The translations under genes were made by a program, and so were the position numbers. The notes beneath the pieces were generated by a model. That model did not search any database. It was not told the DNA's origin and saw nothing but the letters and a program-made list of their open reading frames with translations. Shown one piece after another: positions 36,088 through 47,540 of a DNA stretch of 55,892 bases (position 1 is the first letter of the stretch; each line of letters starts with the position of its first letter). Location of the stretch: assembly GCA_027604505.1 (NCBI GenBank), contig JADIIX010000144.1:1-55892 (forward strand), read 5' to 3'. Origin of the DNA: Gonapodya sp. JEL0774 (taxonomy: Eukaryota).

Positions 36088-38699
36088 CGTAAGAGAAAAT
36101 AAAATTGATACGCGTCTACGCAGCTTGCTTCATGTTCGAGTGAGTTGGCTGGTTTCATACGCGATTCAGTTCTGCACTTCTGAATGTCCTCCACAGTCAC
36201 CGGGAACTCCAGAAAATGTCTTCGGTACTAGTTGAGGGAGTCAACAGGCGAAGGTGAGTTCTTTCTCTCAGTGGGCAAAGCAGTTGAGAGTGAGAAGAGC
36301 GAATGGGGAGATGGGGTGGGATTGGTTTCAAAGAGTAGAAATGATATGTATTTGCTGTACATATAGCATTTTATTCACAGTACGCATATTGAAACGTTGT
36401 AATGGAAGGAGAGTTCAGGGTGATCCAAGAGTCTCCTCATCATCTCGCCAGGATGGATGAGGAGGAAGCTAATGAGTGATTCCAAACAGTTTATTAGAAC
36501 CTCCTGCACATACAAAAGTTGGAAAGACGTTTCCTCTTGTACATCCCCGCTCAAATCTGGGTTTTCCTCCAAGTTCCTCATGTCTGGTACACCTGCAACA
36601 TCGCCATTGGTAGTTCTGAACTCCACCTTCCACCACTTCATTGTTGCATAGGACATGCAAGATATTCTAGTATTGGGATTCTGCGATTCTCCATCCACAA
36701 TTCCGCAGAACACGCCAGTTATAGACCGAGGAGAACGTTCCTTCCGACCATATCACAAGTCCATCACATCAACCAGTCCAATCAACTATAATGAATGTAT
36801 GGAAGAGAAAACGGAAGCGAACACAGACTTACCAGAATGGTAACGTCTCCAAATCTTTTTCGTTTGGATCATCAGCACACTCAGGAATGGAATCGCGACA
36901 CAGAAGGGCCAGGAAGGGCGGGATCGATAGCCTGTGATCTTGCAGCAACAAACCCCTGCACCAAGAAGAACCTTGATATCTCCAATTTCGGAAATTGAAA
37001 CACTTTCAGTCTGTCGTTGCTCTATTCCAGTGAGTATCTCTTTCCTCTCGAATACAGTCCTCTTCCGCCCTTGCTCCTTGCGTGTCCCCTGTCAGGTTCC
37101 AAGTAGCGATGAGGATCCTGGCGGAGGAACGTTGGATCGGACACTGGACACCTGTTGATTTGAGAGAATGGACACCTGGGGAAGGATTCAGCACTGAAAA
37201 GAAATACTGAATGGACCAATTAGAATAGAAAACCAGTGGGGAGAAAGCCGTGGAACGTCTGGGTGCCGAGTTATCCTTGTTCCGCATAGGAAAATGTGGG
37301 AATTTCCGCCAAATTTTTTTGCACTACGAGAATCTGCTCATGGAATCATAGGAATACAGTCTTTCTCCTACATACACTAACCACTCGATTCTTCTATTCT
37401 CTGTACGGTAATCTGACTCCACCACTCAGAGACCTGCCGAATCCCTTTTGCAAAACCAAAGCCCATTTCGAAACACTCCTCCAACACTCACAGCCACCCG
37501 TAGTTTCACTCGTTGTTGCAATGGAACACTCCGCACTGCTTGCTCCCATCCAAGCAGCCTTCCTCGCTCGTCAGGCTCGCACCACAGACCACCAGAAACT
37601 TCACGCCAAGATGGTTCTTCGAGTTGAAGCCATGCGCGGCCTTGAAGAGGAATCCCTGTCTCGTTATGAAGCGGATAGAGAAATGGTGGCCAATGTTCTG
37701 TTGTATGACCACTGAGTTGATGTGCGGGACGTAGTGTAGATATATTTTTGTGTGACGCGCTCACATAGCAGTCTGACGGGACTGGACACAGAATACATAT
37801 ACACTCGGGACCCTGATTCTTGTCCTGCACCCTGTCATTCCACTTTTGGTGCCCTGCTACTCGGCCGATCCGCCTCTGTTTGCCATTGGTCGCGTCTGTC
37901 TTCGCAATGATCCCCGTCCTCCCCATCTGATCGCCGGATCGAAATACATCCCTAAACACCTCCATTGGCTCGTTTTCCCATTGATTTCCATCGAAATCGA
38001 CTTCCTTTTATCTTTTTCTATCATTTGCCCTCATTTTTGGTGCAAGTTACAGTTTTTCTCTCCCTGTGATCCAGGCACAGAAACTCATTATCGACGCGGC
38101 AACCGACGTCAAAACTGCGCACCAAGCCCCCCTCTCTCTTATCTTTTCATTTCCCCTCTCTCCGTCCCATTTGCCAGTGTTGTCACTTCCAACACGCGAC
38201 ACCCATCGAAACCGCCACAGCAGTTCGCACAGATGCATTTTCGACTTCAAGACCACAGATAAGTCAAGTTCGCTGCTTGCAGTGGACTAATCCAATCACG
38301 TATTACGATCTGGTTAGCATGCCAGCTCTCGGAATCTTGATCACGGTCACAGGGGCTAGGACACTGAGCCAACACCCCTCACCCACTGAGGTGCATTGCA
38401 TTTATTTTCGTGATCACTGAATCACAATAGTGTCAGGGTCACTGAACCCAAAGCACTTCGTTTTCTTTGACTTTGATGCTACTAAGCGTTCTCCAACCTT
38501 GTACCTTGCAATGCCACTGAGCGTCCCCCAATCTCGTACCTTCAATGAACAGGTTCTCGACGCCACTGAGTGTGAACCTTGTTCCCACTCTTTCCCCAAT
38601 CAAACAACGTGCTTGCAGCTTCCCTCTTTTCACCACTGCGTACTGTGTGTGATGCATCTCTGATCTCACTTCCCACCTCGGTTGCAACCAACATCGCAC

Positions 38700-41490
38700 C
38701 AAGCACCTTTCCTGTCACCTCACCTTGTATGAGGCCTTACAACAGACAAACCCCATACGACCGACCTCACACCGCATATATCGCTTTTTTGGGTCTTGTG
38801 CACAGCAACCTCTACACAGCTTATGCAGTGTGGTGCGTGTAGTCCCCATCATATCCAGAAGACACCTTCTTTGCAAAAGATGTTTACAATCTCATCACCC
38901 AGGGCCTTGACCCTTTGAACCAACGGTTTGCAAGGTAGTCTTCTCTTGCCCGCATCCCATTTTCTATAGTTGACACACCCCAACCTCTTGTCTATGGCAA
39001 TTACATTGGTGCTGCACATACACGCACCCTTGTGTACTCTTGTGATCACCTCCATCAGTACACACTTACGGACCTCTGCTTATTAATTGATGACACTGGC
39101 ACGTGTCATGACTTGTACGACACACCACTCAAAGGAATCACAGTTCTGAGTTGACGGTAAATTCCTTCCAGCTGGTATAGACATTATTGTTCCTTGGGAA
39201 ATTTGCCCTCACCCTGTCAGGAACCCAGAGCGCTTCACTGAAAGCACCATTGCCTGGAGTACCACCTGCACTGTTTTGCAATTTGTCCCTCTCGAGAACC
39301 CCTCTTACAAACTCAACAAACACCCAAACACGTGGGAGTGCTTCTCACGCTGTTTTACCACATACTCGGACGGTTTAATCCCACAATCTGTGACACCTCT
39401 TGCGCCTGCTGTGCAAAAGTACAAACCTGGACAAGAGATTGACACAGAGATCTTCCAATTTGAGCAGCTGGAATTCCTTGATCGAGTCTACCTGTGGGTC
39501 GCAGCAGCCGCTGCAGCCCCACCACCCCCAACTGCTCTCCTTGCAGTCACACAGGCCACTGAGCCAAGTTCAACCGCTCACCCTAAATCCCCCTCCAGCG
39601 ACACAGGTCCCTGGGAGGAGGAGGAAGTTCTTCAAGTCCCAACGTCAGGGGTGCTCCCCTTCTCCAAGTCCCCACTGCAGGCTGCGCAGGCGCTCCAGGT
39701 CCCGCTCCCCTGGTGGCCCCAGTTCCAAATACAGCAAGTTCAGCAATGGCGCTTGTGACTCTTGGAGGCCAGCCAATAATTCCAGTGGTAATGCTGGTAC
39801 CAGCAACTAGTGCTGCAATGACAGCTGTAACAACTAGTGTTGTACCAATACAATCCCTTCTGCCTCCACTGTTTCTGCAGCTTTAACTTCTGCCCTCCCT
39901 GGTCCAGCAGCAACAACTGCTACTACCCAGACCACAGTGTCCCCTGCAGCCACTGTTGCTGCTACTACAGTCCTGACCCAATGGTACAGTGGTCAGTAAG
40001 CCAGTCGTTGCTGGTGCCACCAATCCAAGGGCAGGTACCAATACATTTGGGNNNNNNNNNNTGTTTCCGGGGGTCTTTCCCCGTGTGGTGGTGTGGCCCC
40101 AAACACCCGGGCCTGTAAACAAAACTTGTGGTTGGGTGCCCCCACCAACGACTGGCTTACTGACCACTGTACCATTGGGTATTGCTGCTCCTCTACAACT
40201 AGCATCATTGCCACAAGTTGCTGCACTGACAGCCCTCCCAAACGCTGGGGAAGCACAACCAGCACCAATGGTTCCCCCATCCACATTCCCTACACAGACT
40301 CCTGCTGTTCCCTTTTGGCCACAACAGTCTCCTAATTGGGTTGCACCAAGCCCAATCTTCCCCTGGCCAAACCCATATCCATACATCCCCAGTGGAACTC
40401 AGAACCCACCAATGGGAGCACCTTTTCCTGCATTCCCACAATGGTTCTATCAACCTCCTGGGGCACTGACCCCACCAGCAACATTAAATCCGCCTGCACC
40501 GCAGCCACCAGCACCACAGGTGATCGTGGGCAATCCCATCAAATTCTGCTCCTTGGGGGAGAATGAGCCAGTTGCTTCCTGGGTTCAGCATGCTGAGAAT
40601 GTTTACCATGCAAACCAAGAGATGCCACAAGTTGCCACCCTGCGTGCTGCCAAAGCACTTTGCGGATGTGGCCTTTGAGGCCAACAAATTGCCTCAGCCA
40701 TTGCGAGACTTCTCACTTCCATGACACCATGGGTTGACATCTGCCAAGCCATCCTCTCTGCCGCTGGCAATGACCGGCAAAATCTCTCCATGTGCTGGTC
40801 CAAGATTGAGGGATTCTCAGCCCAGGCTGAAGAAGGGGCCACGGCTCTCATAAACCGTTTTAAAAGCCTCATACACAAGCTGTGCTCTGTTGATCTGCAA
40901 ATGAATAGAGAGCTCCAGGAGAGCAACAACCAAAGCACCATTGTCTGGAAATTGAGACAGCATTATGTCCGTGGCTTTCAACTTTCAATCCCAGAACTCT
41001 TTAATGAGCTCGGTAAGCTGGACTCCAAAGAGACCACCTTGAAAGCCCTATACCAGGCCACGATCGACTTCCAGACTCGCAAAGTTACTTGGGGTAACTG
41101 GCAGTTTGCAAACACCTCCCCTGGCACATCACTGAATGTTGCGCACACACCGGCTATAGTAGTGACACCACGGCAAGCAGCTGCAGCAGCCCCAGCTGGC
41201 CCGTATTCTGGCAGGTGGTGGAACCCAGTTAATGCATCTTGTGCTTACCAAGGCACAATGTACCATCCATACCTACAGCGGTCTACTGAGAGGCAGCCGC
41301 CTTTGGCCATGACACCACATGCTGCTGGGCCTCCATTGTACCAAACCAAGTCTGCTCCAATTGTTTTGAGCAAGGCCACTGGACAAGAATTTGCTCAAAA
41401 GCCCCTGTGGTAACAGCAGCAAATGTGCACCTGTTTGTCTGCTACTTCAATCAATTGCCACCTAGCTTTGTTGCTGGACACAACTATGTC
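38700..41490 (+). mobile_element. Degenerate retrotransposon gag-like region
   Basis: Long, stop-interrupted, Pro-rich plus-strand frame followed by capsid-like EPVASWVQHAENVY...PWVDICQAIL...FSAQAEEGATALINRFKSLIHKL; strongly CpG-poor and TG/CA-rich. Boundaries approximate. Confidence 0.5.
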
Positions 41491-42427
41491 TTGCCAGAGA
41501 ATGCGCGATTATTGCTATGTTGGTATGTCAAGTAAATGCCCCAGAAACATAGGACTCCAACAAAAACCCCGTAAACAGTGGTTTGATGGATTTGAGAATG
41601 GGGACTCTAGAACGTGGTTTGCTCTGTGCTACCTGTGAGAAAGATGTGTCTGCTTGACAAAGTCATTTTGGACATATACAATTGGCAAGACCAGTCCTTC
41701 ACCCCCATTGTATAGCAACTATAAAAAAGATTTTGGAGATCTTCTGCGTGTTTTGTGGAGAACTCAAATTAAACGCTTCTGAAGCAATCATAAGCGATAT
41801 CTTGAGTATAAAAAACAAAAGACTCAATCAAAGAGTAAATGCTCTGCAGAAACGAAAACTGCAAAATGCCACAACCAAGGATTAAAAGGGAGGGTTTGAC
41901 GTTACAACCAATCTTTGACCAGAACACTGTGATCGAAACCAATATTAGAATGATTTCAAGCATTGAAAAAATCCGATCACCCTAAAAGATCCTCAATCTA
42001 TTCAATAATCTCTCAAACTCTGATTTATGTAAATTGCTTTATCTCTGGAAAATGCTCTCATCCAGCTTGGTTTATATTGACTGCTATTCCAGTCCCTCCT
42101 CGTCATGTCAGACCGTCTTATAACGGCGCTGCCAATCACCTCAACGCTCAGGACAATTTGACGTACAAATTGGGAGAGATTATAAAGACTAATAATACCT
42201 TGACTCGCCTGATGTCTCAAAAAGTTCAAAATCACGCAATGGAGGCATATGAACTCTCTTCCACCATGTTACAACACTGATGGATAACAATATAGCCGGT
42301 ATCCCTCAATCAAAGGTATCAAATTCTAGAGTATTGAAAGGTATAGCTCAGAGGCTCAAAGGGAAAGAAGACAGATTGCGTGGAAACTTGATGGGGAAAA
42401 GAGTAGAATTTTCAGCTTGTGGTGTCG
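41490..42427 (+). pseudogene. RNA polymerase largest subunit (RPB1-like) N-terminal fragment, intronless, with stops and frameshifts
   Basis: GLMDLRMGTLERGLLCATCEKDVSA*QSHFGHIQLARPVLHP...IKKILEIFCVFCG; HPAWFILTAIPVPPRHVRPS...[29 protein letters not shown]...[23 protein letters not shown]. Confidence 0.92.
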
Positions 42428-43084
42428 ATTTTCATTCTGACAGGGTGAATAATCATAATGTTTCGAGCACAGGTCCTGACTGCGCAATCCCATAATATGA
42501 TTCTGCGCCACAATAGCTGTATTCTTGTGCCAATCAATCTTCTGTCTTCCTTTTAGTGCTTGGAACCGAGGTGGAGTTGGTAGGTTATCGAGGTGGAGCA
42601 CTGGAATGGACCGCAGTTGGTCTCGTCGAAACTCAAACACATTCTTTCACCAACACTTGTTCAACTTTAATAACTGTGTGTGTGTCGATGGACTGTGTGA
42701 GTCTGGAGACTTCAGACTTCATTTGAAAGCTGAACTGAAACAGTTAGGATATGGAGTAGTCACTGTATTTGATATGTCACAGAAACATGAAACCACAACA
42801 AACTACGAGAAAGTTGCGAGTGTCAGACCATCAGAGCCAAAAGCTTACGAGGTGAGCCAGCTGGGTTCTGCTCGTTACTTGCTTGTTATGTAAACCCCAG
42901 GGTGCAGCAATCCCGTTGGTGCTTCGAAATTCATACAAGATGTTGACGCCAGGAATCAAAAAAGTAATATGTTAAACCGGTCCTCAACATCATGAGCACT
43001 TCATATCTACTCAAAGTCTCAAAAGACTGTAATACAGCATGTCTACTGTATTCAGCATCACACCACATGTCACCAAACTCATTT

Positions 43085-43210
43085 TCGAAACCACCCCAGA
43101 ATTGTAAATGAACCACCCCAAACCACCCCAGAATTCTCATTTGGGGTGGTGGCAAAACTCCCCAGAAGGCACCACCCCATGTGGGGTACCCCAGAATTCA
43201 CATATGCCTG
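43085..43210. mobile_element. Isolated hAT-like transposon end with subterminal repeats
   Basis: Repeated ACCACCCCAGAATT motifs in both orientations, ending in ...CATATGCCTG (reverse complement CAGGC...). Partner end not found. Confidence 0.45.
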
Positions 43211-43348
43211 ATGGCCAGCATCCACGCCAGTTTGATACACTAAACTCAAAACCGAAGGTCAAAGAGTACGCTTCAAACGGTTCTGGCCAGCCGCCAGAGC
43301 CTTTTGAAAGTCTTCATTCTAGAATTTTCCTTGCAGCGCGCACTGTCG

Positions 43349-43577
43349 CAGGGTTAAAAATGGGTGACTGTCGGATAAAAGTAGAGTCAGAAAAAAGTAC
43401 TTGGTTGAATGTCAGATTAAAGACGTTAAGTCAGAAAAAGTATTTTGTGTGCGCGGGTCAGATAAAAGACGATTGGGGCAGGTAAGAGAACCGCAAGGTC
43501 TGATTAAAGCGCCGTCAGTCAGAATAGAGTACAATTTAATTATACACAAGTCAGATAAAAGCACCCATGTGACCCTT
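43349..43577. mobile_element. ~230-bp MITE with GTCAGA(T/A)AAAAG internal repeats
   Basis: Imperfect TIR CAGGGTTAAAAATGGGTG / CACCCATGTGACCCTT; about 8 copies of a GTCAGATAAAAG-like motif; no clear TSD. Confidence 0.65.
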
Positions 43578-43665
43578 CGCTCACTCGCACGGCTGATTGG
43601 AATGGCAGTTTAACCAGGTGCGATTTGGCTCTGGTCTGGCCACGGCTGCGCATTACATCAAATTC

Positions 43666-44990
43666 ATGCAGAATTCCATCCCCATTCCACCGGAACTGCT
43701 CTGCCGAATCTTTCGCTTCCTCTCCCCTTACGACCTTCTTCTCTCCGCCTGCCTCGTCTCCCGCCGATGGCGTCGTCTGGCGTTCCTCGCCTTGCATCCA
43801 ACTGGCAGAGTCCTCGTAGCGCTCAACCTCAACCTCGCGCGGTGCGACATTCCCGTCAGGAGCGTCGTCATGTCTTGCATCGCAAACGCGTTCTTTGCCG
43901 TTCCAGACCCGACCTGCGATCGCTCGAGGCTCGCGGCAGCGAGCTGCTCTGTCGACGTGTCTCAACAGTTTTTCCATCTCGTCGCCGCAGGAACGGCATT
44001 CCAAGACATCATTGCTGATTTCGCAATGTCAAGTGTCATCGACGGTCCTCGCTTTCCCCTCGACGTAGAATGGCTCGTCTGCGACGTCTGCCTCTCCAAT
44101 CTGGGTCCAGACGCGACCTGTTCTCTCTCAATCGCCACTGCACTCTCCGATTTTTTACATCCAACCAGCGTCAGGCTCTTTTCCGGCCCTTTTTTCTCAT
44201 GGGTTGCAGCGAATCTCCAGATGCCATCCGTCAAGCACGTTCGCGTAGATCTGCCCGCCGACGAAACGTGCGTTCAGCGTGCGCTGGAAATCTTTCCGTT
44301 CCTTTCTTCCATCGAACTGGACGGGCATTCTCGTTGTGTTCGTAACATCGTTCCCAATGGAATATCCCTCCACAAAGTTCTCGTCGCATAACGGCTCTTC
44401 TCTTGACGGGTGGGGAGAGGAACCATACTCCAGTCTTTCCCAGAGAAACTTCTTTACAGACTGTTTGCGCTGGGCTTACTGCAACTTTCCCCAATCTGAG
44501 ACATCTCGGCATACTTCACCCGCTCCTGCCGTGGAACCACGAAGGTGCAACGAAACTTCCCACATCGTTCCCTAAAATCCACACCATCCACGTTCCCGTA
44601 TTTGGTGTCATATACACATCGGACCCTCCACCTCGCTGGAGAGCACCCGCGCTGGAATTCGCCCGTGACGTCCGTTCCTTGCTCCCAAACCTCCACACCG
44701 TCGTCATCCACCTACCAAACAGTATAGACCACACCCAGATCCAGTATCAGGAAGAATACGCCCAGTTGTACGTGGACTGGATCACTCAAACAAACGCCAG
44801 GTCGGTATTCATCGCAGGATTGGTGGCTGGTGGCTGGAACGTCCGCGTGGACCCCGGTTATCGCACCTGGTTCGATCCTCTGAAACGATTCTCAATGATG
44901 ATAGTGGAGAAATTCAAGGAACGGCACATGAGCGCAAGCATTGTCCAGTCTCACGGTCAAATTGCCGGTTGTCTTTGGACGTGCTATTAG
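43666..44990 (+). pseudogene. F-box protein (likely LRR-like C-terminus), single frameshift
   Basis: IPPELLCRIFRFLSPYDLLLSACLVSRRWRRLA F-box. The frame change at ~44362 is explained by an extra AT (GGA AT ATC CCT). Downstream FPNLRHLGI and LLPNLHTVVI. Confidence 0.75.
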
Positions 44991-46433
44991 TCGAATAGTG
45001 ATTATATTCTTGATCCTTTCATTGTCCATCTGAAAGTATTTTTGTGCTTTGGCCGGCCCGAGAAGGTAATGGAAGCCTCCATTGGTGCCGAACGTGGTGG
45101 ACGGAGATGTGATTGATCGATTGATTGTTGGGTGGGTTGCAGGTGGGAGGCAGAAACCCCACACAATTACGGCGGCAGCAGTGGTCACCTCACGTGGAGG
45201 AACGAGTGACTTCAAGGCGCGGGTGGAATCTCTGACTGCACAATTGGATCAGCTCACAACAAAGGTTCCCACTTTATAGTATTATTTACAACCATATTTA
45301 CAATTAACGTCGTGCTGCGCCACCTGAGACTCCTCGCCTTCGACCGTTGAATCGGCCACTCCCAGAGAATGATTGAAGGTTAATGAACCCATTCCTGGTT
45401 GCATCAAGTATCCTGGCCCTGGGTAGTTGGGGGGTTGTGACAGGGGGGCCAGTGTAGCTCTGCACTGGTTGTTGTTCCCTGCCGTAAGTTCCCGGTGCAG
45501 GGCGCTGGGGTGGGGTACCGTGGGGGTGGGGGGCGGTGTGGCGGTTGCATAAGCACATGCCATGTGGTCCTGGTGGTCCCTTTAGGGCCGGCAATTGTGG
45601 GAGCACTTGCTGCCATTGACCAGCAGTGGGTTGAAGGGGGTTGGGAGCTTGGGGGACCCAGTATGGGCCAGATGGACCTTGGTGCCACGGCCTTGTCGGG
45701 ACATGACGACGAGTGGGGGGAGATGAAGGAGGTGGGGACCGGAAATGTAATGTAGAGACGCAGAAGAGGGGTTTTTGCCTTTAAACTGGTTTGTTCGGGA
45801 CGGGGGGGCGGTCTGCGTGCCGGGGGCAAGTTTCCTGCTGAGTGTGTGTTTGGAGTCGGCCAGCTTATTCATTCCGAGAGCAAAAGCTATCCTATCAATA
45901 CCCTTCGAGACAGTACATCACCACATAGAATGTTTCTCATAGTCTGTTGCCCTCGACGGACAGTGTGTGCACTGTTCTTGCCAATTGGCAGACAGGCAGC
46001 TTCATGCCTTCAAAGCTTTGGTCTTCGCGCTCTGAGCTATTATCGGAGTCTTACCTGCTATGAAGAAGCTCCTGCCTCATACATTGCAGTCGAAGAGCAC
46101 CCGACCAAACTCATCATTATTCTTACTCGTCATGTGTATATTCCTTCTATAATCGGAACCTCACGTCAGTCGTATGATCAGGTTAGCTATCCACTGTATG
46201 TACATATGACATAGCATTTGGGTGTCGGAATCTTTAATAAACATGGACAGCAGATGAGTGGCACTATAGAAACAGCATTTACCTGGAGATATTTCCTCAC
46301 ATTGAGCACCATTGGTCTACAGGTGAGTATTTGTTGCACATGATGTATTCAGTCACTTGGACATATTCATGGATCTGCAGTTGTAGTTTTTGTGTGCTAG
46401 TCTGAGGCAGCACGGAAATTTTTATTTGGGTGG

Positions 46434-47457
46434 CAGGCCCTCTGAACAGTCTGAAAAGTAGCAAATGGTATTAAGTGAGATTAAATGCATTTAAATGTCT
46501 AAATGTCGTGGGTGGCAGGGTCCAGATTTAAACGTTGACTTAAATGCATGTAAATGCTCTAAATGTACTCATGGTCCTTCAAATGATACTTGAATAATCC
46601 ATTGGTCCTTCAAATGATATTGAACTCGGGTTTAAATGACATTCACGATGGCGTGATTAGCATGTACATAACATTTCATACCACTTATATGTCGCAAATG
46701 CCGTGAGGCGTGTACCCTTCTGTTGCGTTTCTCGTCAGCCCACCCCGAAGGAATTGGGTTAATAAATCTTTATTCCCATACGGAGGTATAGAGACATCTA
46801 TCGGTACACCACCTACACCACATGAACGTACTCACAGTCCCATTACCGGGTAGTCATCACACCGTTTCCACCCACTTACGTACTCGTAACTTGAGCCCGT
46901 TGGTCGCCCCTAACCGGCCCCAGAGCATGAAAAATCGGTGTTTCGAGACATTTGCTTGAAATATTTCCGCAGGGTGCGGTGGCGTGGAATGTGTGACGGT
47001 ATTTTTGTCTGTTTGGCAGACTCCTGATATGTACGTTAGAACCCCTGCAGTGGCGACACCGCTCCGGTTGGGTGAGTATTATGTATTAGGAAAAACAACA
47101 CAAATGCAGAGACCTTCCACTGTTGGATTGGGATTCCCGTGGAACTGCGGGTACTTATGTGAAGGAAACGGGCAAATATGACTTGCAGCGCCTGCACGGC
47201 ATTTCTGGATGCTTCCAGAGAGTCAGAAGTACTCATAGAGTCACCAACGGCTCCAAAGAACCATTTATAAGATTTTAACGGCATTACAATCAAGTTGAAT
47301 GCCTGGGGTGTCATGCAAATGTCAACGACACATTTACAGCCATTTTACGGCCGTTTTTGCGAAATACAAATGAAGAGCAGGTATTCAAATTACATGTACA
47401 TGTTTTTAAATGGCGATTTCTCTTAAATCCATTTAATGACATTTAGTCTGGGAACTG
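46434..47457. mobile_element. Degenerate DNA-transposon relic with TAAATG subterminal repeats
   Basis: Clusters of TAAATG at 46470-46640 and inverse CATTTA at 47330-47445; weak termini CAGGGTCCAGATTTAAA / TTTAGTCTGGGAACTG. Confidence 0.4.
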
Positions 47458-47540
47458 GGTTTTCACACGACTCCAATCTCGAACATCGTGAATTCGTGAT
47501 AGTGAAATCACCTTCTTCAATATACGTTTAAACATAAACC

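Larger units (their letters stand above)
33319..37700 (-). repeat. Copy 3 of the repeated unit, inverted, truncated and interrupted by insertion 33545-36087
   Basis: 33319-33541 is the reverse complement of ~32275-32507. 36088-37700 is the reverse complement of ~30355-32095 with small deletions. The large gene starts at ATG 37521 and is cut after VANVL. Confidence 0.93.

Noticed and set aside
38305..38335. TGGTTAGCATGCC as a tRNA-iMet primer-binding site
   Set aside because: Imperfect match and not preceded by an LTR-terminal CA.
39977..40180. 34-bp perfect inverted repeat
   Set aside because: It straddles the 10-N gap at 40052-40061, so it is most likely an assembly artefact or a trivial local inversion.
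43085..43577. Short repeats with variable spacers resembling a CRISPR array
   Set aside because: Repeats are 12-16 bp, irregularly spaced, in both orientations and bounded by TIR-like ends in a eukaryotic context; they are transposon subterminal repeats.
45060..46400. Pro-rich short ORFs possibly from a retroelement
   Set aside because: No diagnostic gag, RT or integrase motif could be recognised.
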